DNA of 64,000 nt from Armatimonadota bacterium. Lineage in GTDB: Bacteria > Armatimonadota > UBA5829 > DTLH01. Of the stretch, positions 40,461 through 50,687 are shown one piece after another; the stretch's first letter is position 1, and every line of letters starts with the position of its first letter. Location of the stretch: NCBI GenBank assembly GCA_039679675.1, contig JBDKUN010000056.1:32001-96000 (forward strand). The letters run 5' to 3'. Below the pieces are notes generated by a model. The model was not told where the DNA came from. It made no database searches and saw only the letters and a list, made by a program, of their open reading frames with translations. Made by a program: the position numbers and the translations under genes.

Positions 40461-41459
40461 ATGTTAAGTAAAGGTAGTATTTTAGTAGTTGACGATGAGA
40501 TAAACCTCTGTCGCATACTTGGCGCCAAGTTGGCAAAGAACGGCTATAGTGTTGTAGCGGTTCATGACGGCCAGCAGGCTATCGATAAGGTGCGGGAGTC
40601 AAGTTTTGACGTCGTCCTGCTGGACTTGATACTGCCTAAAGTAGACGGACTGTCTGCCCTTGCGGAGATCAGAAACCTCGATAGAGACCTCCCCGTAATT
40701 GTCATGACAGCATGTGAGAGTTCCGAGTCGCTCGATAAAGCCCGCAGTCATGGTGTTTCGGCTTATGTCAATAAACCGTTTGACCTCGATAGCCTGATCG
40801 ATCTGGTACAGACTACTTCAGCCGGTTACACCAGGCGAGAAGAAAGGCAATCGCAGAATAATAGCATTCTCTTCGGAAAGAGCCAGCCGATCTCGCTTGA
40901 GATATTGAACGGCAGGACAAGCGGAGTCTTTCCCACCAGGATAGAAAGCAGGGACGACCGAACGCTCTCGATCATGGCTCCGGTCTCCGGCGACAAGGTA
41001 ATCGAAGTCGCCCCACGTACGCCGGTCCGCATCGGCCTGGCTGCCAATGACGCCTATTACAGTTTCAATAGCTATGTCCTTGCCTTTAGGTCGGTTGATA
41101 TGCCTATTCTCCTCATCGATAAACCGGGTGTTATCTTCAGAACCCAGAGGCGGCAGTCGGCACGTATTCCCGTTAGTATGAACCTCCGCTACGGGAAAAT
41201 CGACAGCGAGGATGCACGTCCAGAGGTATTCGCGGAAGGAAAGTCCTGCGATCTCAGCTCAGGCGGGATCAAGATAACCGCCGCGAACCGGCTGGAACCA
41301 GGCGATTTGGTATATATAGAAGCCGACCGGTCCGGCTCGGTAGGCCCGATCATCGCAGTTGCTGAGGTACTTCGCTCAGGACCGGGCGAATCGGGCTCAG
41401 AATCCGTAGTTTCGATGCGGTTTAAGAAATTGGACGGGAACCTGGGCGACTCTCTCTAA
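40461..41459 (+). CDS. Response regulator receiver + YcgR-N + PilZ domain protein
   Basis: ILVVDDE, LLD, KPF; QRRQSAR (RxxxR) and DLSSGG; start ATG 40461 after GGAGG. Confidence 0.88.
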   Translation: MLSKGSILVVDDEINLCRILGAKLAKNGYSVVAVHDGQQAIDKVRESSFDVVLLDLILPKVDGLSALAEIRNLDRDLPVIVMTACESSESLDKARSHGVSAYVNKPFDLDSLIDLVQTTSAGYTRREERQSQNNSILFGKSQPISLEILNGRTSGVFPTRIESRDDRTLSIMAPVSGDKVIEVAPRTPVRIGLAANDAYYSFNSYVLAFRSVDMPILLIDKPGVIFRTQRRQSARIPVSMNLRYGKIDSEDARPEVFAEGKSCDLSSGGIKITAANRLEPGDLVYIEADRSGSVGPIIAVAEVLRSGPGESGSESVVSMRFKKLDGNLGDSL

Positions 41460-41486
41460 TCTCCCTAGATTGAAAGCAGCAACTGT

Positions 41487-42224
41487 ATGAAGATCAAACT
41501 GATAGCTTGCGAGGTGCTTACGCGCGAGCTCGGCTTAGTTACGGCTGAAAGCAAGCACATATTCGATAACACATTTCTGCCTTTCGGACTTCACTGCACC
41601 CCGGATAAACTCAGAACCACGATTCAGTCCGAAATCGACTCCGCGGAAGGCAAGGGCTACGATTTTATCGCGCTTGGCTACTGCCTTTGCAGTAGGGGAA
41701 CCGTGGACATCACCGCGAGGAGCGTGCCTGTTCTCATTCCGAGAGGTCACGACTGCATAACCATGTTCCTCGGTTCGAGAAAGCGCTATGCCGATGAATT
41801 TGCTACTCATCCGGGGACTTACTACTACAGCCCCGGCTGGATAGAGCGTAGCGACGGCGACGTCGAGCAGGGCAACATTACCGCGAAAAAGGACCGCGAG
41901 ACAAACGAGCGCTACGCGGAGTACGTCCGTAAATACGGCGAGGACAACGCTAAATTCCTAATCGAACAGGAAACTCTCTGGCTCGCCAACTACACTCGTG
42001 CCGCGCTGATCAATATGGAGATCGGAGACATCGAGGCTTACAGGAACTTCGTTAAAAATGTGGCATCGACTCACAACTGGAAGTGCTCCGAGTTGAGCGG
42101 CGACTGGTCTCTGATAAGAAAAATCGCCGGCGGCGAGTGGAGCGACGAGGATTTCCTTATCGTAAAACCCGGCGAGCGAACAGTTGAAACGTTCGACGAC
42201 CGGATAATAGCCTCGACTGAATAG
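41487..42224 (+). CDS. DUF1638 domain protein
   Basis: IACEVL, LPFGLH..P..L, LGYCLC, HDCITMFLGS, GTYYYSPGW. Confidence 0.8.
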   Translation: MKIKLIACEVLTRELGLVTAESKHIFDNTFLPFGLHCTPDKLRTTIQSEIDSAEGKGYDFIALGYCLCSRGTVDITARSVPVLIPRGHDCITMFLGSRKRYADEFATHPGTYYYSPGWIERSDGDVEQGNITAKKDRETNERYAEYVRKYGEDNAKFLIEQETLWLANYTRAALINMEIGDIEAYRNFVKNVASTHNWKCSELSGDWSLIRKIAGGEWSDEDFLIVKPGERTVETFDDRIIASTE

Positions 42225-42316
42225 CCATCAGTACCCTCTCGGGCTGTATTTGCAATGCAGCCCGGAGTATATTACAACCCCGGGCCATTATTTACTATAA
42301 AGCGGGAACTTCCCGC

Positions 42317-43975
42317 CTATTCCTTATGCTCAAGCCTCAGCGTTTTTGTCGGCGCGTCACATACCTCTGACGGGCCGAAATACTGCACCGGGCCGGGGAA
42401 GACATACTCGTCGCCCAGCGCCCATTTCTCGCGGTTGATCCTAAGACAACTGAACGGCCCATCTTCAAGGTCCACAAGAGCCTTCTTGATGACCGGAGTG
42501 AGCCTGCCCTTCCGCACTTCAAGACAGAGCATCATAGTTACAGGGACTCCGCCCGCAACCCATTTGTCCGACGGCTTGGTCAGGTTGCTTACATAGGCCG
42601 TGTAGCCTGTCAGACCGGCTCTCACGAGCTGGGCTGCCGTGCATCCAAGGGAATAGCAGTAGTCCGCATCGAAATTCGACGGCGTGGCGCATCGGCCTTC
42701 GTAACCGAAGAAGTGCGCCAGCGGACTGAATTTTGCTTTGGTATCGCCCTTGGCCTTGAGCAGCCTGATGCGGTCTGAAACAAGGTCGATAAGGAGCCTT
42801 TCGGTCTCCACCTGGGAGAGCGGAACATTGCCGTGGCTGTCCCTTTTGAGGAGCACTTCCTGGATATTTTCCGGCAGGGAGTTGTAGACCTTCGAGCTGT
42901 GGTCGGTGAGCTGCGTGCTCAGATACTGTACCCGTTCGCTGTGGTCCTGCAGGTCGCGGATATACTCCTCATCCTGCCCCAGTATCGCGCTCAGTTCATC
43001 GATCATCTTCTTGATGTCCGTGATGAACTCAGGCAGGCCTTCCGGCACTACCAGAATCCCGTAATTCTTCCCTTCTTCGGCGCGTTTTATGACGACATCC
43101 GCTATATAGTTGACGACTTCCTCCAGTGTAGTGCCGTTCGTTTGTATCTCTTCGGAGATCAGGGTCACATTCGGATGGGTCTGAAGCGCACATTCGAGCG
43201 CCACATGGCTTGCGGCCCGTCCCATCAGCCGGATAAAGTGCCAGTATTTGACGGCGGAAGTCGCGTCGCGCGAGATATTGCCGATAAGTTCAGAGTAGGT
43301 CTTGCATGCGGTATCAAACCCGAACGATGCTTCTATGAACCCGTTCTTCATATCGCCGTCGATGGTCTTCGGCGCACCGATCACGCAGGTCTTGGAACCT
43401 TTGCCACGTAAGTATTCGGCAAGCACCGCTGCGTTGGTATTGGAGTCGTCGCCGCCGATTATTACGAGGCCATCCAGCTTCATGTCGGCGAAAACCTGCT
43501 CGCAGGATGCGAGGTCGGCTGGCTTTTCGATCTTATCGCGTCCGCTCATGATCATATCGAACCCGCCGGTGTTGCGGTAGTTGTCGATGATATTGGCGGT
43601 AAGCTCTTTGTATTTTCCCTTGATACAGCCGATAGGGCCTTTCAGGAATCCGAACAACCGGCTGTCTTTATTTGCGGTTTTCAGGGCATCGTAGAGTCCG
43701 GCGATCACGTTGTGTCCGCCTGGAGCCTGTCCGCCGGAGAGGACTACGCCGATTCTGAGCGGTTTTGTGCTCAGTTCGCCGTCATCACCGTCCACTATCG
43801 TGGCTATCGGCTGCCCATATGTGTTGGGGAACAACTGCTTGATCTCGTCCTGGTTGGACGAAGGTTCCGTCGGCTCCCCCAATTTGATCTTGATGCTGCC
43901 CGAACGCAGTGCTACAGGCACTTTGGGCTGGTATTTTGCGCGCTCTTTTTGTAAAGCGGATATCTCTGCACTCAT
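42317..43975 (-). CDS. pfp: Diphosphate--fructose-6-phosphate 1-phosphotransferase
   Basis: SGGQAPGGHN, GGDDS, PKTIDGD, MGR, GYEGR; start MSAEIS at 43975. Confidence 0.95.
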   Translation of the reverse strand: MSAEISALQKERAKYQPKVPVALRSGSIKIKLGEPTEPSSNQDEIKQLFPNTYGQPIATIVDGDDGELSTKPLRIGVVLSGGQAPGGHNVIAGLYDALKTANKDSRLFGFLKGPIGCIKGKYKELTANIIDNYRNTGGFDMIMSGRDKIEKPADLASCEQVFADMKLDGLVIIGGDDSNTNAAVLAEYLRGKGSKTCVIGAPKTIDGDMKNGFIEASFGFDTACKTYSELIGNISRDATSAVKYWHFIRLMGRAASHVALECALQTHPNVTLISEEIQTNGTTLEEVVNYIADVVIKRAEEGKNYGILVVPEGLPEFITDIKKMIDELSAILGQDEEYIRDLQDHSERVQYLSTQLTDHSSKVYNSLPENIQEVLLKRDSHGNVPLSQVETERLLIDLVSDRIRLLKAKGDTKAKFSPLAHFFGYEGRCATPSNFDADYCYSLGCTAAQLVRAGLTGYTAYVSNLTKPSDKWVAGGVPVTMMLCLEVRKGRLTPVIKKALVDLEDGPFSCLRINREKWALGDEYVFPGPVQYFGPSEVCDAPTKTLRLEHKE

Positions 43976-44261
43976 TATCGATACTTCCTCATATTCTGTT
44001 ATGCTTGTACGCAAATCGCCCCCCGATAGTCGGAGGGCAATAGTGATCACCACATTGGAATCAAAAAACCTATTACTATTATAATAGCAATCCGACGTTT
44101 TGACAAAGTTTGCTGAACCACGCTGCAATTCCTTCTGGAGTGTGTAAAATGGGCATGCTTGTTTTTGGGTGTTTGGCGTTCTTTGCTTTTTATTATGATG
44201 TTTGCGGGTTGTACAGCCTGTTTTAAGGGTAAATTGATCTGTATATATTGGAGGGTGCGCC

Positions 44262-44957
44262 ATGCGTAAGGACATTATCAGTCTCGTCGATCAGCAACTA
44301 TCAAAATCCCGCGGAGCCCGGCCAGGTGTAATGGACACTCTGGGACTGGGGCAGCCGCCGGCGAAGCCGGGGCCGGTGATCACCATATCGCGTCAGCTTG
44401 GAAGCGGCGGCAGGTTGGTGGCGGGAAGACTTGCCGAGCGGCTGGGCTGGAGCCTCTGGGACAAGGATCTGGTCGATGCGATAGCCAAAAATGCTGATGT
44501 CAGCCATCGGATAGTGGCGGATTTCGACGAGAAGACCATCTCCGAAATCGATATTCTCGCGCGCACCATTGCGGGTGAGAAGGAAATCGGCAGGTTCTAC
44601 TACGGGCATCACCTTGCAAGAGTCATCCTGGCTGTCGCAAGGCATGGCAACGCCATCATACTCGGCAGAGGAGCCAATTTCCTCCTTACCGGAGCACTGA
44701 ACGTGAGGATAGTGGCAAGCGAAGAACTTCGCATCCAAAGTCTTATGAAATACGGCGAAATGTCGCGCGAAGAAGCTCTCGACAGGATACATGAGTCCGA
44801 CCGCGAGAGAGCGGAGTTCATTCGGAGGCTGTACAACAAGGATATAGAAGATACGCTGGCCTACGACCTGGTCATAACATTGGACGAGTTAGGTATCGAG
44901 GGTGTGGCGGAGATCATTCTTGTGGCTTTACAGGTCAAGAACGGGATTCCGCATTAG
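44262..44957 (+). CDS. Cytidylate kinase-like family protein
   Basis: VITISRQLGSGG, LGRGANF, SDRER, YDLVI. Confidence 0.88.
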   Translation: MRKDIISLVDQQLSKSRGARPGVMDTLGLGQPPAKPGPVITISRQLGSGGRLVAGRLAERLGWSLWDKDLVDAIAKNADVSHRIVADFDEKTISEIDILARTIAGEKEIGRFYYGHHLARVILAVARHGNAIILGRGANFLLTGALNVRIVASEELRIQSLMKYGEMSREEALDRIHESDRERAEFIRRLYNKDIEDTLAYDLVITLDELGIEGVAEIILVALQVKNGIPH

Positions 44958-45381
44958 CAGCACCGGTAGTAAACGTCAGGATATAAGGCTCCGACATTTC
45001 GATGTTGTTTGTACCTTTGGCGCTTGTTCCAATCATTATTGTATAGGTCGTGTTTGCGGCAAGCGGCTTGGGAAACCGCACAGTAACTGACTTGTCCCCG
45101 CTCCATTCGAACTTGAAATGCTCTGTCCCGTCGCTGGGGGAGATATTGAAAGCGTTTTCGACGCTCGATGCCAACATGGGCTGGTCGAACGTTATGCAAA
45201 TTGCTGTGCTGCTGATGGAAGAAACGGCCGGGCTTCGGTCCGGGGCCACCTCGACAACACGGGGGCGCGTACCTGAGCACCCTCCGACTATTGCAGAGAC
45301 TACAACCAGGCAAAGAGCGATGGTAGCAATCATATGGAAATAGGAATGACTGCCTCCGGTTACCGGTTCCACCTTTACCAC
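44935..45381 (-). CDS. Lipoprotein with bacterial Ig-like (Big_5-like) domain
   Basis: Lipobox IVGGC; ITFDQPM, PL.ANTTYTI, FTT. Confidence 0.75.
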   Translation of the reverse strand: MVKVEPVTGGSHSYFHMIATIALCLVVVSAIVGGCSGTRPRVVEVAPDRSPAVSSISSTAICITFDQPMLASSVENAFNISPSDGTEHFKFEWSGDKSVTVRFPKPLAANTTYTIMIGTSAKGTNNIEMSEPYILTFTTGAANAESRS

Positions 45382-45511
45382 TGCCTCCTATAGATTTTCG
45401 GATGTTCCGTATACCAACTATCGCCGAGAATCTTTAGGTCAGACATTCCGCATGCGCTGCCGAAAATTACGTACCCTTGACGGTAAAGTGTATAAACATA
45501 AGGGGAAGGTC

Positions 45512-46447
45512 TCAGTCGTCCCGGTCGCGGTGCGCGATAAACCACCCTATTACGACCAGGATGATGGCTCCGCCCCCGATCAGGATTGCGTATGGAGGGG
45601 TCGCTCCATTCTGCGGTGCGTTGGAACTCAGCCCGAGGACTTTACGGCCGTCCACATTGCCGGTCTCGACGGATTCTTTCACGAATTTGAACAATTTCTT
45701 CCGGCCAATCTTGCTCTCGATATATTTCAGTGAGTAAAGCTTCTGTTTATAGTCTGCTGGGAGGGTCATTTGCACCACTGTGGGGTCGCCGGTCTTGCCG
45801 TAGATCTTGCTTTCTTTGCCGGTCGAGAAGTAGACTGCAGTGGACTCCTGGAACCACTTGGGAAGGGGTTTTGGCGAAGCAATGGTTATGTACGCATGGA
45901 CCATCTCATGAGCCAGGTTATCTTCGAGTTCATCATGGTAATCCCCCACGATGAGTGCAATGAATCGTCCCTGTATTGTAACGCCGCGCACGTTCGTCCC
46001 TTCGCCGCCTTTCAGCGAATCGAATATCCGCGACACTTCAGGGGGCATCGCCTGTTGAGAAGAATATTTTTTTACGTATACGAATCCCGGCGGTGGTGGA
46101 ATTTTAACCCATTCCCTCAGCTTTACGACGGACTTGATCTTGCTTGTTGAGAGCAGATAGGTATCGCCGGTCAAAAACTCCGCGGTTAGGGCCGCCTGTT
46201 CCCGCAGTCTGGCATAATCCGGTGAGAGTGGCGCGGCAGAGTCGAGTTCTGATACAACTTTCCTGCACTCAGCAGCAAACTGCCTCGCTTCAGCAACATT
46301 CTCGAAGTAAGGGGATTTGATCTGTTCCAGTTGCCCGCTTTCAACTATGTTTTTAAGCGTTGGGCACTGCGAAAGTACAGCATCCTGCGCGGCGCAGATC
46401 TGTGCTGCTAGAAGTATAATAATTATGATAAGCGCCGGACGGTGCAT
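45512..46447 (-). CDS. Exported, C-terminally anchored protein with HExxH metallopeptidase motif
   Basis: Signal peptide, LAHEMVHAY..PKWFQES, C-terminal TM. Confidence 0.65.
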   Translation of the reverse strand: MHRPALIIIIILLAAQICAAQDAVLSQCPTLKNIVESGQLEQIKSPYFENVAEARQFAAECRKVVSELDSAAPLSPDYARLREQAALTAEFLTGDTYLLSTSKIKSVVKLREWVKIPPPPGFVYVKKYSSQQAMPPEVSRIFDSLKGGEGTNVRGVTIQGRFIALIVGDYHDELEDNLAHEMVHAYITIASPKPLPKWFQESTAVYFSTGKESKIYGKTGDPTVVQMTLPADYKQKLYSLKYIESKIGRKKLFKFVKESVETGNVDGRKVLGLSSNAPQNGATPPYAILIGGGAIILVVIGWFIAHRDRDD

Positions 46448-46619
46448 GATAAGCAGTCTCCCTTTGGAATACGCCCTCTTCTCGGCTTACGGTTCCGCTT
46501 CAGCCAGCAGGGACATGACCCACTATTACCTTTGACCAGTATCTTCGGTTATCCTCCCGTCCAGAAAGAAGGATAGTGTAATCTCAATCATTTCCCGCTA
46601 AATCCTGAATCCACGTCCA

Positions 46620-46648
46620 TTGACTTAGCAGCTTGGGTGTGGTAGAAT
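46620..46648 (+). promoter_or_regulatory. Sigma70 promoter of tRNA
   Basis: TTGACT-N17-TAGAAT with extended TG. Confidence 0.75.
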
Positions 46649-46663
46649 AACCTGCGTCGCAAT

Positions 46664-46740
46664 GGCGGAGTACCTCAGTTGGTTAGAGGACCCGGCTCAT
46701 ACCCGGGGCGTCGTCAGTTCGAGCCTGACCTCCGCTACCA
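46664..46740 (+). tRNA. tRNA-Met (CAT), probably elongator
   Basis: 77-nt cloverleaf GGCGGAG..CTCCGCT-ACCA, loop CTCATAC, GTTCGAG T-loop, encoded CCA. Confidence 0.95.
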
Positions 46741-46750
46741 TATGATAACA

Positions 46751-46786
46751 AAACCTGCTTTCAGCTTAATTGAAAGCAGGTTTATT
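46751..46786. terminator. Bidirectional terminator between tRNA and smc
   Basis: AAACCTGCTTTCA..TGAAAGCAGGTTT. Confidence 0.8.
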
Positions 46787-46808
46787 TGTTTTTGGGGCTA
46801 TATTACTT

Positions 46809-49800
46809 CTAATTCTTCGATGCAACAGGGACTGCGACAACTTCCTGGCCGAGTTCCTTGCGCTCTTTTTCATCCGTCAGCCGGACTGAGATCAACTTGG
46901 ATATTCCCGGTTCCTGCATAGTGACCCCGTAGAGCGTATCCGCAGCCTCCATAGTAGCGCGGTTGTGCGTGACTACGATGAACTGGGAGTTAGCAGTAAA
47001 CTCCCGCAGCACATCGGCAAATCTTTCGACATTTGTATCATCGAGCGGAGCATCGACCTCGTCAAACATCACGAACGGGCTCGGCCTGACCATAAGGAGC
47101 GCGAAAAGCAGCGCGGATGCCGTGAGAGCTCTCTCTCCGCCCGAAAGGAGCAGCAGGTTTTGCAGCTTTTTGCCCGGGGGCTGAACGATGACCTCGACTC
47201 CGGTCTCTAGCAGGTTGTTCGGGTCGGTCAAAACCAGCTCAGTCCGTCCTCCGTTAAAGAGCCGCTTGAACATCTTGTCGAAGTGCTCGCCCACCGCGTT
47301 GAAGGTGGTCATGAACAGGTCAGTCGTCCCGGCGTCTATCTCTTTTATGGCGTCCTGCAGCTTCATTTGAGCGTTTTCGAGATCGGTCTTCTGTGTCGTA
47401 AGGAACTCCCACCGCTCGCTCACCCGCTCGTATTCCTGGATTGCGCCGGTGTTCACCGGCCCCATAATCTTGATCTCTTTTCTCAGCCTGCCGACTTCGG
47501 TGGCGGTCCCGCGTTCCACTTGCTCCGGTTCTTCGCGGGCAAGCGCTTCCTCAGCGGAAATCTCATACTCGTCCATCAGCCGCTCTGAGCTCTGAGTTAT
47601 CTGTATTTCCAGTCTGGCTTCGCGGACATCACTGTCCCTGAGTATCTCTGCGGCCTCAGCCCTGGCGCGATGGAGCGATTTCAGTTCGGAATCCACGCTC
47701 GACACTGACTGTGCTATCTCTGTCCGCCTCGCGAGCTGGGCATCAAGCTCCTTTTGCGACACTGCAAGCGCTGTCTCGGTCTTTTCTGCGTCCGAAATCA
47801 GCGTTTCCTTTTCCTCTGTGTTCGAGGCGGAGTCTGACGATTGCCTGTCTATCTCGCTCTTTATCGTTATAAGCTCCGTATCCATTTCGGAAAGGGATAC
47901 GGTGGTCTGCCTGATCGATTGTTCGAACCCGACGCGGCGTTCCCGGATGGATGCCAGTGTGACCGACATCTCCATTAACTCTTCGGAAAGTGCTTCGCGC
48001 TGTGCCGTAAGCTCCTCGACCCGCTTCTGAGCGGCTGCGACGTATTCATCCAGGTCCGTGTTTTCCTTGCCCGCTGCCGAGAGCCCGGCTTCGAGCGACG
48101 CAAGTGATTCAGAGTCCTTTACGAGGGCGGTCTCGACCTCTTCCTTTTCGATCCCCACTACCTCGATCTGCCCGGCAAGCCGTTTCTCTTCCTGAGTAAG
48201 GAACTCGAACTGTCTTTCTGCCTCGACAAGCGCCAGCTTATCGGCTGAGTAGGCTTTCTCAAGCTCGCTTATCCTGCCGCTGGCCTTAGCGAACGAGCTG
48301 GCTGCCTCCGACGCCTCTTTTTCTGTCTTTGAACGCGCAGAATCGAGCGAAGAGAGCTCTTTCGTGAGTGTGTCGATCTCCTGCTTTCTTCCGAGGAGGT
48401 TCGGCCCCTTGCCCTGCCTTACACCGCCCGTCATTGCTCCTGTCGGGACGATGACTTCGCCGTCGAGCGTGACTATCCGCCCCCAGCCCGATGCACTGCG
48501 CGAGAACTGGACAGCGTTATCGATGTTATCGACGATGACCACCCGTCCCAGAAGCACATTTATCGCCGCGTCGTATTTTCTATCGCAGGAGATGATGTCG
48601 CTTGCGGTCCCCAGCACACCTTTTTGTTTGAGACCGCCCGAAACGGATGCTGCCGCCGGTCGAACTCCGTCCAACGGCAGGAATGTCGCACGCCCGGCCC
48701 GGTTTTCCTTGAGGAACCGTATCGCCTCTTTTGCGTCATCGACAGTGTCCGCGATAATGTCCTGGATCGATCCGCCGAGCGCGACATCGATAGCCATTTC
48801 GAACCCTGCCGGAACGGTGATGACATCCGCTACGACGGCGAAGCCTCCGCTGATCTTGCGGTGTTTTTTGGCGGCCATTACAGCCCGGACACCCTCATAG
48901 AACCCTTCATGCGACTCCGCCATCTCTTGCAGGGTCGAAAGACGCGATGATTTCCCGACAGCCTGCCGGTTGATGTCGTCCAGCCGGCTCTTAGCGGCTG
49001 AAATTTTCGATTGAAGCTCTAGGCACTGCTCCTTGAGCGGCGGGAGTTCCCTGTCCCGCGCGGCCTGGCACTTTTTCAGCTCTTCGGCGCGGGCTGTGGC
49101 CTCGGACAACTTGCGGACTGTGTCCTCCCGGTTCGCCGTCAGTGACTCAAGCTCGGCTCCGTACTTCGCAAGCGCCGCCTTAAGCTCTTCCTGCCTTACC
49201 TGAAGGCTCTCGAACTCGGCGTGCTTGGCCGCCTGTTCCCTGGCAAGTTCTACATAGGCGGACTTGCGGTCGTCGACGATCCTCGAAGCTGATTCAAGCT
49301 CTGCCGTGACCTGTTCCAGAGCTTTCGACTTCTCTGCTGTGTCGGCGGCCAGCCTGGTCTCGCGCTCCGAACACCCGGTCTTCTCAGCCTCAAGCCTCTC
49401 CAGCCGCTCGCGGGCTTCAGCTATCTTGCGCTCAAGCTGTAATATTTCAGCATCGAGCCTGTGGCGGGTTTCATCGGAGGCCCGTTCTCTTTCTTCGGCC
49501 AGGGCGAGCCGACTTTTGATGCGCTGTGCCGAAGTGCTCGCTTCCTGATGGCGCGCGCGTGCCGCATCGACGGCACGGTCAAGCTCCGTAAGCTGGTCGG
49601 AGAGCTTTTCCTTCTCCCATTCCAGGTCGGAAATCCGTTTGTCCTGCTCTTTCACCCGCTCGGTTTCGTCTGTTTTGGTCTGGTGTACCTTATCGAGTTC
49701 GTTTGTCCAGCGCCGGAGGTCGTTTATCAGGAGACCCGTCTCTATCTCCCTTAAGCGTGAGGTCAGTTCCTCGTAACGGCTGGCAATTTCAGCCTGCTTG

Positions 49801-50417
49801 GCGAGTGGTTCGACCTGCCCGGAGAGTTCTGAGATTATGTCGTTCACCCTCCTCAGGTTGGCCTCCGTGTTATCGAGCTTTCTTGCGGCTTCTTTCCGGC
49901 GGAACCGGTATTTTTTGATTCCGGCAGCCTCTTCGAAGAGCGACCTGCGGTCTTCTGACTTCGCCGAAAGAATCGCATCAATTTCCCCCTGGCTGACCAT
50001 CGAATAGGCCTCGCGGCCCATCCCTGTGTCCAAAAACAGCTCGAAGATGTCTTTCAGCCTGCATGAGGACTTGTTGATGAGATATTCGCTCTCGCCGGAG
50101 CGGTAGACGCGGCGGGTGACGGTTACTTCTGAAAAGTCCAGTGGGAGCGACCCGCATGTGTTGTCTACAGTGAGCGAGACCTCCGCCATGCCGAGCGGTT
50201 TCCTACGCTCGCTGCCCGCGAAGATGACGTCCTGGGACTTCGAGCCGCGCAGGTTGCGCACGTTCTGCTCTCCCAGCACCCATGTTATGGCGTCGGCTAT
50301 GTTGCTCTTCCCGCTGCCGTTCGGCCCCACCACGGCGGTAATCCCCGAAGTGAGTTCCAGTTCGGTGCGGTCGGCAAAGGTCTTGAACCCCTGTATTTCG
50401 AGTCGCTTGATATGCAT
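46809..50417 (-). CDS. smc: Chromosome segregation protein SMC
   Basis: GPNGSGKSN, coiled coils, hinge GRATFLPL, LSGGE, FDEVDAPLD. Confidence 0.98.
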   Translation of the reverse strand: MHIKRLEIQGFKTFADRTELELTSGITAVVGPNGSGKSNIADAITWVLGEQNVRNLRGSKSQDVIFAGSERRKPLGMAEVSLTVDNTCGSLPLDFSEVTVTRRVYRSGESEYLINKSSCRLKDIFELFLDTGMGREAYSMVSQGEIDAILSAKSEDRRSLFEEAAGIKKYRFRRKEAARKLDNTEANLRRVNDIISELSGQVEPLAKQAEIASRYEELTSRLREIETGLLINDLRRWTNELDKVHQTKTDETERVKEQDKRISDLEWEKEKLSDQLTELDRAVDAARARHQEASTSAQRIKSRLALAEERERASDETRHRLDAEILQLERKIAEARERLERLEAEKTGCSERETRLAADTAEKSKALEQVTAELESASRIVDDRKSAYVELAREQAAKHAEFESLQVRQEELKAALAKYGAELESLTANREDTVRKLSEATARAEELKKCQAARDRELPPLKEQCLELQSKISAAKSRLDDINRQAVGKSSRLSTLQEMAESHEGFYEGVRAVMAAKKHRKISGGFAVVADVITVPAGFEMAIDVALGGSIQDIIADTVDDAKEAIRFLKENRAGRATFLPLDGVRPAAASVSGGLKQKGVLGTASDIISCDRKYDAAINVLLGRVVIVDNIDNAVQFSRSASGWGRIVTLDGEVIVPTGAMTGGVRQGKGPNLLGRKQEIDTLTKELSSLDSARSKTEKEASEAASSFAKASGRISELEKAYSADKLALVEAERQFEFLTQEEKRLAGQIEVVGIEKEEVETALVKDSESLASLEAGLSAAGKENTDLDEYVAAAQKRVEELTAQREALSEELMEMSVTLASIRERRVGFEQSIRQTTVSLSEMDTELITIKSEIDRQSSDSASNTEEKETLISDAEKTETALAVSQKELDAQLARRTEIAQSVSSVDSELKSLHRARAEAAEILRDSDVREARLEIQITQSSERLMDEYEISAEEALAREEPEQVERGTATEVGRLRKEIKIMGPVNTGAIQEYERVSERWEFLTTQKTDLENAQMKLQDAIKEIDAGTTDLFMTTFNAVGEHFDKMFKRLFNGGRTELVLTDPNNLLETGVEVIVQPPGKKLQNLLLLSGGERALTASALLFALLMVRPSPFVMFDEVDAPLDDTNVERFADVLREFTANSQFIVVTHNRATMEAADTLYGVTMQEPGISKLISVRLTDEKERKELGQEVVAVPVASKN

Positions 50418-50687
50418 ATCAAAGATTATCTCTTATTTTGTGGCTTCCCGGCAAGAGTTAACCTTGAGTTTGTATGGGGAAATGTTGGTCGGGAATGCCT
50501 GATAAGGGGGCTTAGGCGCAAAAGACCCGCGCTGAAAAATGCCGATTGAAATTCATTGCAAATTATTTATTATTTTTTTGCTAATCAGGGTTGTAGTCAG
50601 GTGTTCAACAAGGTAGAATCACTGTACTTGCTGACGGGCGTACGCGCGGCAAGAAAAAGTCTTGTTGTGAGGTTGGGGTATTTTCCT

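Noticed and set aside
43976..44275. 100-aa N-terminal extension of PPi-PFK (likewise extensions of nadB, the REC-PilZ gene and the ABC exporter)
   Set aside because: Longest-ORF artefacts crossing promoter regions or neighbouring genes; downstream starts fit family N-termini
46679..46921. 80-aa ORF overlapping the tRNA
   Set aside because: Spans the tRNA, terminator and smc end; spurious
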